Positions 40,795 to 48,849 of a stretch of DNA of 64,000 nt are shown in pieces (position 1 is the stretch's first letter; every line of letters starts with the position of its first letter). The stretch is taken from positions 635 to 64,634 of IMG/VR virus record IMGVR_UViG_2563366762_000007; one strand, written 5' to 3'. Made by a program: the position numbers and the translations under genes. The DNA comes from a virus. The notes below the pieces were generated by a model, which was not told the DNA's origin, ran no database searches, and saw nothing but the letters and a program-made list of their open reading frames with translations.

Positions 40795-41346
40795 TTATTT
40801 TCCTCTGCGGGCAGATAGCAATCGCTCCATCACATCGTCCTGTGGGTTTAAACCAGAGTACTCTGTAGCACAGTTCTCCCTAACGATTTGATATATCTCC
40901 ATCCATAGCCTGTTTGTCTGACTCATAAAGCTCTGGCTCATCGCTACATAAGGACTTTGAATTGCATTGCCGGTAGTTGGATGCTTTGCTAGAAAACCAA
41001 ACTCGGTTACCGCTTCCTCACACTGTATCCATCTGGCCGCACTCATGGCATACCGTTCTAGAAGCTGTGGAAGTACCAAATGGGCACATTCTCGCTCCTC
41101 AAGCCATTTCCATGTAATTTCATAGATTTCACTCGCTTCTAAGGTTTTCCCATCCTTTTGCACTGCGGAGAGCATGGCCCTTGGCTTTGGCATTTCCTGC
41201 CCCTTCAGGTCAGCAGTATTCTTGAACTCGACGACCTCAAGCTTTCTTTTACCGGGATTTCCCTCTGCAATTTTGTCAGCAAGTGGTTTTTTCTTTTGAC
41301 CGGAGCCTATACGGGCGCCGCCTCGGTTTGTTCCGTCTTTGGCCAT
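40795..41346 (-). CDS. terS: Terminase small subunit (P27-like)
   Basis: RGGARIGSG.K...GNPGKR...QSPYV, located after the HNH gene. Confidence 0.8.
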   Translation of the reverse strand: MAKDGTNRGGARIGSGQKKKPLADKIAEGNPGKRKLEVVEFKNTADLKGQEMPKPRAMLSAVQKDGKTLEASEIYEITWKWLEERECAHLVLPQLLERYAMSAARWIQCEEAVTEFGFLAKHPTTGNAIQSPYVAMSQSFMSQTNRLWMEIYQIVRENCATEYSGLNPQDDVMERLLSARRGK

Positions 41347-41374
41347 TCACTCACCTCTTTTCATCGATGGACCT

Positions 41375-41460
41375 ATTACCCCGTTTGAAACCGCGAATTT
41401 TCACGCGTTACCCCACGCCCGTTACACAAAGAAAAAGCTGTAGAGATTTGACTCCCCCTA
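41375..41460. other. Candidate cos region
   Basis: GC-rich non-coding stretch between HNH and terS (ACGGGCGTGGGG on the minus strand), the usual cos position in HK97-like phages. Confidence 0.4.
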
Positions 41461-41817
41461 CCGGATTCCCCAACGGTCTCCATCTCTTGCTGTGATTGCA
41501 GAGTGGCAAGGAGTACAAAGAGCCATCAGATTACTTCTATCGTGTGTCCCACCTCTTGCAAGTGGAAGAATGTGATGCACTTCAGTTGCCGGGGTCAGCT
41601 TTCCTTGTCTTTTGCATTCCTCGCAAAGAGGATGAGCTGCAATGTAACGGTCACGTATTCTTTTCCAAGCACGACCATAACGCTTACGGGTTGCTGGATC
41701 GCGGTCATACTTTTCATACCGTGTAGCTTCCTTCTTGCTATGTTCTTCACAAAAGCGACTGTCAGTCAGCTCTGGGCAACCAGGGTAAGAGCATGGTCGC
41801 TTAGGTTTCTTTGGCAT
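41458..41817 (-). CDS. Packaging-associated HNH endonuclease
   Basis: PLCEEC...EVHHILPLARGGTHDRSNLMALCTPCH. Confidence 0.9.
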   Translation of the reverse strand: MPKKPKRPCSYPGCPELTDSRFCEEHSKKEATRYEKYDRDPATRKRYGRAWKRIRDRYIAAHPLCEECKRQGKLTPATEVHHILPLARGGTHDRSNLMALCTPCHSAITARDGDRWGIR

Positions 41818-41840
41818 ACTGCACCTCCTTTTGCCCATAG

Positions 41841-41878
41841 AAAAAGCCCTCGCAGGAGAAATGCTCCCGTGAAGGCTT
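41841..41878 (-). terminator. Terminator-like hairpin in the late-operon leader
   Basis: AAGCCTTCACGGGAG...CTCCTGCGAGGGCTT followed by TTT. Confidence 0.6.
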
Positions 41879-41930
41879 CTGTTTATTAATATTCCATACT
41901 ACTATTATATAACTTTCACTACGGACAAAC

Positions 41931-41968
41931 AGTGTCAACCTGTGCCAATGTGTGCCAAAGTATGCCAA
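41931..41968. promoter_or_regulatory. Four phased direct repeats, probable late-activator binding site
   Basis: AGTGTCAA / TGTGCCAA / TGTGCCAA / TATGCCAA at an exact 10-bp period. Confidence 0.65.
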
Positions 41969-41972
41969 CTTT

Positions 41973-42386
41973 TTATTTTGGAACCTTTAAATGTTGCAAA
42001 GCGGATGAATGGAGTCTATGCACAGTTCTCATAGAAACATTAAGGTTGACACAGATTTCTTCCCAGTTAAGAAAGTTAATGTATCGGTAGCGAAGAATCA
42101 GCTTCTCATCCACGTTTTCCATCTGGTTAATTGCTTCACGAATATCCGATTTCAGCTTTACTAATTGTTCAACCTCTTGTTGTATCTGTTGCTCCAAATC
42201 TACTATTCTAATCACATATTTTTCAAAGGGCGGGTCAGTACTCTTGGTTCGACTAACTTTTTCCTCAAGCACAGGAGATGAAACACTTCTTGATAGATCT
42301 CTTAAGTTTTGTAGCTCTTCAAGGTCGGAATTAATCAATTCATTCAGACGATAAGCCTGTTTTAAGAATTCCTTAGCTGTCATCAT
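41973..42386 (-). CDS. RinA/ArpU-like late transcriptional activator
   Basis: MTAKEFLKQ...ILRYRYI...WEEIC..LNVSMRTVHRLHSSAL, upstream of the packaging genes. Confidence 0.8.
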   Translation of the reverse strand: MMTAKEFLKQAYRLNELINSDLEELQNLRDLSRSVSSPVLEEKVSRTKSTDPPFEKYVIRIVDLEQQIQQEVEQLVKLKSDIREAINQMENVDEKLILRYRYINFLNWEEICVNLNVSMRTVHRLHSSALQHLKVPK

Positions 42387-42604
42387 CGCACCACCTCCTC
42401 TTGTAACTGTTGAATTAACATGTCAGGGTTTAGAGAGGTGAGGATATTGAACAATCCAGAATGAAAGAAGCACTCAACCTCACGTTTCGTATATAAAGCA
42501 GAATCATTGCGAGGGTGTTTTGCTAATCTTTTCAGTGCAAAACGATAATCCTTGACCGCCTGTAGAATAATGGCATTCGCCAGCTTTTCAAAAGCGTCCA
42601 TCAT
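42383..42604 (-). CDS. Conserved phage protein
   Basis: LANAIILQAVKDYR motif, with overlapping neighbours. Confidence 0.7.
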   Translation of the reverse strand: MMDAFEKLANAIILQAVKDYRFALKRLAKHPRNDSALYTKREVECFFHSGLFNILTSLNPDMLIQQLQEEVVR

Positions 42605-43962
42605 ACAACTTCCCTCGCTTTCCCAAGATTTGCTTTGACTGCATTGATAAGATCGGATTGTGTCTTTTCCTTTCGTTTCAAAGCCCTCATCACATCTTCA
42701 TCAATCGTACCTTTAGTAATAATGTGATGAATAACCACTGTCTCATTTTGACCTTGTCTCCAAAGTCTCGCATTTGTTTGCTGATAGAGTTCCAGACTCC
42801 AAGTAAGTCCAAACCAGATAAGCGTTGAACCACCACTTTGTAAGTTAAGGCCGTGTCCCGCAGATGCAGGATGGATAACCGCTACAGAAATATCGCCGTT
42901 GTTCCAATCCTTGATATCCTTGGAAGTCTTAATTTCTCTGACATTGAATTTTGCCTTAATACGCTCTAAATCGTGATTATACCAATAGGCAATAAGCACA
43001 GGTTTTCCGTTAGCACCTTCAATTAAATCCTCAAGAGCATCTAGCTTGCGGTCGTGGATAATATGGGGGTTTTTATCATCATCATAGATAGCACCGTTTG
43101 CCATTTGCAGGAGTTTCCCTGAAAGGACGGCTGCATTCATGGCATCTATTTCTTCATCAGCAAATTCAAGAACCATCTCTTCACGAAAGTGATCATATAC
43201 GGATTGTTCTTTTTCATTTAGATACACAGGCACTTCATTGATCATGCATTTTGGCATCTTCAGAAAATCGACTGATTTCATGGAAATGGTGATATCCGAA
43301 ATGAGCCGATAGATGGCATCTTCAGCACCTGGCAACGGTTTATATGAAAATACGATTTGCTGATTACGTTTATCCGGTGTAAAAAAGGAATTGCGGTAGT
43401 GAGTTATGTACCTGCCGAGTCTTTTACCCATGTCGAGAATACGAAACTCTGCCCACAAATCCATTAACCCATTACTGGAAGGTGTACCCGTAAGACCCAC
43501 AATCCGTTTTGCCCTTGGTCTGACTTTTAGTAAACTTTTAAATCTTTTTGCACCATAGGATTTAAAGGATGATAGCTCATCGATTACCACCATGTCATAG
43601 TCAAAAGGGATGCCACTTTTGTTTACCAACCAGTCCACATTTTCTCTATTTATAAGATAGACACTTGCAGGTTTTCTAAGAGCCGCCAATCGCTCCTGTT
43701 CTGTGCCGATGGCTACCGAAAACTCCAGTCCTTTTAAATGCTCCCACTTATTTATCTCAGCTGGCCAAGTATCCCTTGCTACTCGAAGTGGGGCAATGAC
43801 CAGAACCTTTCCAACTTCAAAACGATCAAGACATAAATCAAATATAGCCGTTAGAGTAATGACGCTTTTGCCAAGACCCATTTCTAAAAACACCGCAGCA
43901 ATGGGATGCTCTAAAATGAAATTGGTTGCATAGGTCTGATATTTATGAGGATTGTATTTCAC
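42601..43962 (-). CDS. SNF2-family phage helicase
   Basis: MGLGKS, DELS, TGTP, GHGLNLQ, RLWRQGQ. Confidence 0.9.
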   Translation of the reverse strand: MKYNPHKYQTYATNFILEHPIAAVFLEMGLGKSVITLTAIFDLCLDRFEVGKVLVIAPLRVARDTWPAEINKWEHLKGLEFSVAIGTEQERLAALRKPASVYLINRENVDWLVNKSGIPFDYDMVVIDELSSFKSYGAKRFKSLLKVRPRAKRIVGLTGTPSSNGLMDLWAEFRILDMGKRLGRYITHYRNSFFTPDKRNQQIVFSYKPLPGAEDAIYRLISDITISMKSVDFLKMPKCMINEVPVYLNEKEQSVYDHFREEMVLEFADEEIDAMNAAVLSGKLLQMANGAIYDDDKNPHIIHDRKLDALEDLIEGANGKPVLIAYWYNHDLERIKAKFNVREIKTSKDIKDWNNGDISVAVIHPASAGHGLNLQSGGSTLIWFGLTWSLELYQQTNARLWRQGQNETVVIHHIITKGTIDEDVMRALKRKEKTQSDLINAVKANLGKAREVV

Positions 43963-44224
43963 CCAGTATCCCTCCAATCTGCTTAACATCATCAATTACA
44001 TAGCAAGTAAAGCCTAACTTCTGTAATTGCTTTATTCTTCTAATCTGTAACAGGCGAGGTTTCTTTCCGGGAGCCTTTAATTCCACAAATGCCATCTTCC
44101 CATATGGTAAAAGCAATAGGCGGTCTGGCATCCCATCTAAACCTGGGCTAACAAACTTCGCCGCAATGCCCCCCATCTTTTTTACCTCAGCCACCAGTTT
44201 CTTTTCTATATATTTTTCAAGCAT
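43943..44224 (-). CDS. VRR-NUC nuclease
   Basis: GMPDR...FVELKAPG...LQ. Confidence 0.88.
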   Translation of the reverse strand: MLEKYIEKKLVAEVKKMGGIAAKFVSPGLDGMPDRLLLLPYGKMAFVELKAPGKKPRLLQIRRIKQLQKLGFTCYVIDDVKQIGGILGEIQSS

Positions 44225-44239
44225 AAATACCTCCCATAT

Positions 44240-44540
44240 AAAAAGGCTCAGAACAAGAAAACAACTTTGACCCAATTTTCCTATACGCGCGTGTATACGT
44301 GTATGCACAGGCTACTATTACTTCTTTTTACTATTTATAAATAAATAGGATACTTCTTGTTCCACTTGTTCCGAACCGTTGATTTTCCTTATCATTACTA
44401 ACTTTAGGGAAAGAACCAGTATGGGAACAAGGTAAGGTACAACTTAGCGTTGTTCCTCGACTCGGGAATAAGCTCGTTGCTTTCCGTAGACAGGAAACGT
44501 TACAACACCATTCTTGTTCCCAGTGTACTTGTTCCACTCA
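44240..44540. other. Candidate phage replication origin
   Basis: (C)TTGTTCC/GGAACAA repeats at 44356, 44365, 44424, 44450, 44513 and 44528, an AT-rich tract, and an alternating purine-pyrimidine run just downstream of the primase-helicase. Confidence 0.45.
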
Positions 44541-46810
44541 CTGATCTTTCTCATAATGGCACCGATAGCATAGGAATCTGAAGGCTTTAGCATTGATGCC
44601 TCTTTACCAAAACACTCACACCAAATCTCCATATTGCAGACAAGGGTTCTTTTTACTGTTCCAACACGGGTGCCGCCGCCAAATTCGCTACCGCCGAGGA
44701 AATTTCTACGCTCGTACAAAGACATAGCGTCCCAATCATCCGGTAAAAGTGTATCTAGGTAGGTACGAACCAGTCCTTCTCGTTCATCTGTTTCCATGGC
44801 ATCTGCCTGCTCACTGGTTGCCATGGATACATCATCACCTTCAAGGTAGAGTTTTTCGCCCTTCTCATAAAGCATCAATGCCTCTGCCCAAATCTGCTGT
44901 ACTTCCTCTTTGGTCATCTGCCAAGCTTTCTTTTTGCTGTTACCGCTAATGCGGACTGGCCAGAATCTACGGTTACCCGTAATATCACGAAGAAATCCAC
45001 TTTCTGCATTGGTAGAACCTACAATTACACACTGACGGGGATGACTTTCCACGTTGACACCATAACTGGCACGGTACTTATCATCAGACCTTGATATAAA
45101 AGACTTCACAACCTCCACATCGGTCTTACGCATCCCTGCAAGCTCACCCAGTTCCAGCATCCAATATCCCTGCAATTTTTCAGGACCGACTTTGTCCTTC
45201 ATATCTGTAATGGTCAAACTGTCTGAAAACCAATCTCCAGCAAGTTTCGCAAAGAAGGTTGACTTACCGATGCCTTGGGGACCGTTTAGGATAAGGACGC
45301 TGTCAAACTTTGTACCCGGTCTATAAATACGGGCTACCGCCGCAACCATGGTTTTGCGAATGACTGCTTTTGTATAGGAATTATCCGTTGCACCGAAATA
45401 ATCAATAAGCAGGTTTTCAACACGCCTAATGCCATCCCATTTTGGTAGTGAATCCAGATACTCCTTAACAGGGTGGTAGGCTCGTTCAGCCGCTACCGCT
45501 AACACAGCATCCTTGGTCTTGGTAGGAGAATAGACTCCGTATTTGCTGCTTAAGTACACCTTAAGAAGGGCATTGTCCGAATCATTCCAACCAGCCTTAA
45601 TCTGTTCCCAAGGCAGACCACCTTTAGCATCGATACCATCACGGTGGCAGTTGAAAGCGATATGCTGTAAATCCTCATCATGCCTAATAACCAGGACGAT
45701 GTTGTCTAAAGTGTCTTTTATCCGGCCTTGCTTATCTAGTTCCAAACCTGTCTGCCAATCCTCTTCACTAAACTCCTCTTCAGCCTGAGCCTGTCTTTCC
45801 TTAGCAAATTCAGCTTTTACCGCTTCATCTTTTATGGCAAACTCGCACATTGCCACAAAAGACGGCATCCTGCCAGGAGCCGTAGTAGTGGAAGCTCTAT
45901 CATCTAAAGAGCCGAATTTATGAATACGAACAAGGTCAAAAGCATTGAGGAGCAGGCCGCTTGCTGGGTCGGTGGCATGGTGGCTGTATGCGAATTTATC
46001 ATCATAGATAATTACACCCGCACTACTGTCAGCTGGAATATAGTCATAGCGCCCTCCCATAGCAGATGGTTCATAAACTGCACCTAAAAATTTATCAATT
46101 GCTTCACGAACAGAGTAGGCACGACAGAATGTTCCTACCACACCTTCCTTTAAAAACGGATCGGCTTGTTCTTTAAGACTGCGATTAATAACTTCAGACT
46201 GCCTGCTTGATATTGGCCAAGTTGATGTATCTCGCCAGTTTTCATATTTTGCAAGATAAATATCCGGGTCAAGTAATGCTCCATCCTGCTCTTCGTAGAC
46301 AAATTGACCATTAGAGGAAGTGGATGGCCAATACATAAGGCGATGGGCTTCATATGTCGTATCATCGAAAAGATCAATACCAATTTCTTTTGCCACCATA
46401 CGTCCAACAGCTGCATATTCTTCTTCGCTGATCTCACGAGCAAGGGGAACGATAAGTCTGAGTCTAGGATTTTCTGGTGTGTGCTTATGAGTGGAGTAAA
46501 CGCAACATTTGAAATCGAAAAGCATGCTAATTTGCTCCCAAATATCCGGCCTACCATAATCCATATCGAGGGTAAGCAAAGAACGGCACAAAACATTGCC
46601 CTTCTTTCGCCTTCCTTCTTTTAAGTGCCCTCCAACAAAGCCGCCCACATCCTTGATATCATCTTGCTGCCCTTTTTTAAGTTTCCGATATTCTTGTACT
46701 GTTTCTGTGGTCCGTTGCGTCGTCTTTACACGGGAGCAAAAATCCTCCCATGAAATATCTTTGTTTTTCCATTTCCTATCCATCCGGCTATTACCCACTG
46801 CAATTTTCAT
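44444..46810 (-). CDS. Primase-helicase (VapE/virulence-associated E family)
   Basis: LDMD and STHKH primase motifs, GPQGIGKS Walker A, GNRRFWP. Confidence 0.88.
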   Translation of the reverse strand: MKIAVGNSRMDRKWKNKDISWEDFCSRVKTTQRTTETVQEYRKLKKGQQDDIKDVGGFVGGHLKEGRRKKGNVLCRSLLTLDMDYGRPDIWEQISMLFDFKCCVYSTHKHTPENPRLRLIVPLAREISEEEYAAVGRMVAKEIGIDLFDDTTYEAHRLMYWPSTSSNGQFVYEEQDGALLDPDIYLAKYENWRDTSTWPISSRQSEVINRSLKEQADPFLKEGVVGTFCRAYSVREAIDKFLGAVYEPSAMGGRYDYIPADSSAGVIIYDDKFAYSHHATDPASGLLLNAFDLVRIHKFGSLDDRASTTTAPGRMPSFVAMCEFAIKDEAVKAEFAKERQAQAEEEFSEEDWQTGLELDKQGRIKDTLDNIVLVIRHDEDLQHIAFNCHRDGIDAKGGLPWEQIKAGWNDSDNALLKVYLSSKYGVYSPTKTKDAVLAVAAERAYHPVKEYLDSLPKWDGIRRVENLLIDYFGATDNSYTKAVIRKTMVAAVARIYRPGTKFDSVLILNGPQGIGKSTFFAKLAGDWFSDSLTITDMKDKVGPEKLQGYWMLELGELAGMRKTDVEVVKSFISRSDDKYRASYGVNVESHPRQCVIVGSTNAESGFLRDITGNRRFWPVRISGNSKKKAWQMTKEEVQQIWAEALMLYEKGEKLYLEGDDVSMATSEQADAMETDEREGLVRTYLDTLLPDDWDAMSLYERRNFLGGSEFGGGTRVGTVKRTLVCNMEIWCECFGKEASMLKPSDSYAIGAIMRKISEWNKYTGNKNGVVTFPVYGKQRAYSRVEEQR

Positions 46811-47241
46811 AAGCTTTCAACCTCCTCATGCTCCGGACTAAAATATCTGACCGTTTGTCTGCGTTTCTTGGCTACTTCAATCTCCCTTGCCATACCGCTT
46901 GAGATGGTATTGCCCAGCACCCACACCTCGGAGCATTTGCCCATAAGCACGATGTCCATAAATATGGCAAGCTCACGTTCCTCTGGGTTTTCATCATCCA
47001 TAAACTGCGGAAACATAAGATGGGGAGCAATTGGGATACAATTACTTTCCAAGGCAAATCTACAAAAGTTACGAGCCTTTTTAATGTTTCCTTCTACATC
47101 ACCGGAATAGGGAGAACAGATATATACAAGTGGCTTAAAGGCAGATTTTTTCTCTGCCTTTTCCTTTCTCATTATGTTGGTCAGTGCTTCATGGGGAGTT
47201 GGGTCATGGTATCCTTCATGGTTAAATTTGTTGATCCCCAT
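46807..47241 (-). CDS. DUF4406-like/nucleoside deoxyribosyltransferase-fold protein
   Basis: YICSPYSG...PIAPH...CSEVWV.G..S.GM..E. Confidence 0.65.
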   Translation of the reverse strand: MGINKFNHEGYHDPTPHEALTNIMRKEKAEKKSAFKPLVYICSPYSGDVEGNIKKARNFCRFALESNCIPIAPHLMFPQFMDDENPEERELAIFMDIVLMGKCSEVWVLGNTISSGMAREIEVAKKRRQTVRYFSPEHEEVESL

Positions 47242-47993
47242 TACACACCCTCCATTTCTATCTGAGGCAAAATACCGTCCGCCTTCATGAGTTCGTAAAT
47301 GAAGAGTCTGCCTTTTTGAGTCCAATATGTATGGACCTTTGTATGCTGTTCACCGTTACTGCCAAGGTAGCTATGTGTCTTAGTACTGGTGTAGCCTTTT
47401 TCCGCATACTTCTGATATAAAAGCCAGATACCACCTTGTTTAAACTGGATGCCCTTTTTATTAAGATAGCGGTTCATCCAAATAGCTGACTTGCCGTAAT
47501 CTTTGGCAATTGCTGATGTGGAAATGAGGTCTTTGCAATTTAAAACCACATCGTAATAAGAGACTTTCGGTTTCATTTCTGTAATTTGCTGATTCTGAAC
47601 AGCAACCGTACCTTCAAGCACTTTATTTTGTTTCCTTACTTGAGTTAGCTGTTGATTGGCAATCTGAAGTGCCCTTGCCATGATTGCCTCTGGAGAGTTC
47701 CATCTTCTTTCTATTTCAAGAAAGTATTGACGACACTCTTTCCCTTTTGGAGTACGTTGTATCATGCATAGTTCTTTTGCCATGTCAATTGTTAACTGAT
47801 GGTCTATGCTTGGTCTGCCTCCAGTACTTTCGCTCAAAAATGAGCTAAAGTCTGACCCTTCCTCAAATCCGTACTCACACATTCTTGGAAACCAATCTTT
47901 ATAAGCGGTTTTTACTTCCAAGGCTTCGTGTAAATCACGACCGAGTACGGTTGCTCGTTGATTTTCATAGTTGATTTTTACTAATTCGTCCAT
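47241..47993 (-). CDS. Phage antirepressor (AntA/AntB plus KilAC)
   Basis: GRDLHEAL...MAKELCM...R.YF, and IAKDYG...WTQKGR. Confidence 0.88.
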   Translation of the reverse strand: MDELVKINYENQRATVLGRDLHEALEVKTAYKDWFPRMCEYGFEEGSDFSSFLSESTGGRPSIDHQLTIDMAKELCMIQRTPKGKECRQYFLEIERRWNSPEAIMARALQIANQQLTQVRKQNKVLEGTVAVQNQQITEMKPKVSYYDVVLNCKDLISTSAIAKDYGKSAIWMNRYLNKKGIQFKQGGIWLLYQKYAEKGYTSTKTHSYLGSNGEQHTKVHTYWTQKGRLFIYELMKADGILPQIEMEGV

Positions 47994-48033
47994 ACGAATT
48001 ACCTCCTGCAATATAGTCAGAGAGGAAACCCCT

Positions 48034-48070
48034 CTACCTAATAGCCACAGGAGGTAATGAAAGTTGAGGA
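48034..48070 (-). promoter_or_regulatory. Phage-specific promoter motif, copy 2
   Basis: TCCTCAACTT-N14-GGCTATTAGGTAG. Confidence 0.7.
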
Positions 48071-48087
48071 TTTTGAAAAATTAATTT

Positions 48088-48842
48088 TGCATTCGGATTA
48101 TCGTGCGGAATTTGTGTATGTTAAAATGGATTTAAAGATTGATTTAGCAGTTTTTTACTTCAACAAATGGGTCATATTGTAGAGAGGTAGGAGTGAAGAA
48201 ATGAATAATTTTTTTACCGCATTAGCTTATGTAAATAAAATGATTTATGAGTCGAATCACTTAACTGTAAAGTCGGTTCAAGAAGAAAAGCAAAATTCTA
48301 AGTATGGTGCTGGTACATTTCAATTATCTTCTAAAACAGTTCGATTCAGAGTTGCGAAGATAACTCCTACCAAAGTAGGGCAGTTTGTTGCATTATGGGA
48401 AAAAGACGAAAATAATAAAAATCAACCTTACTCATATGAGGAAGCCCCAGATTTATTAGTTATAACTACCTTTAAAAATGAAAATGAGTTTGGGCAATTT
48501 ATTTTTCCAAAAGAAATTCTTTTAAAACAGAACATTCTTAGGTCTACTTCAACAAAGGGGAGAATGGCAATAAGAGTTTACCCTAGCTGGGATAGTCCGA
48601 GTAGTAAACAAGCGATGAAAACTCAGAAATGGCAGTTTCCATATTTTGTTGATATGTGTAATCCGAATAAATTACCCTTAGAAAAAATAATGGAACTGTA
48701 TTCTCTTTAAACCTCTGCAGTCGGGCTCATTTATGTAACAAACAAGACAGCACATACTAATCATAAAATAAGTGCTATCCTGTTTTTATTATTTAAAAGT
48801 TGAAAATCTTTTAACCTTTTTCCACACGATAATCCGAATACC
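48088..48842. mobile_element. Inverted-repeat-bounded cassette (MIC-like) carrying a mepB-family gene
   Basis: 48091-48110 and 48820-48839 are 19/20 inverted repeats, with AATTAATT just outside both. No transposase is present. Confidence 0.6.
48201..48710 (+). CDS. mepB: MepB family protein
   Basis: FRVAKITPTKVGQFVALW...GQFIFPK...RVYPSW...KTQKWQ. Confidence 0.8.
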   Translation: MNNFFTALAYVNKMIYESNHLTVKSVQEEKQNSKYGAGTFQLSSKTVRFRVAKITPTKVGQFVALWEKDENNKNQPYSYEEAPDLLVITTFKNENEFGQFIFPKEILLKQNILRSTSTKGRMAIRVYPSWDSPSSKQAMKTQKWQFPYFVDMCNPNKLPLEKIMELYSL

Positions 48843-48849
48843 AATTAAT

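Noticed and set aside
37569-46810. Virulence genes (VapE and virulence-related protein labels)
   Set aside because: These are legacy names for a phage primase-helicase and a conserved phage protein, with no evidence of a virulence function.
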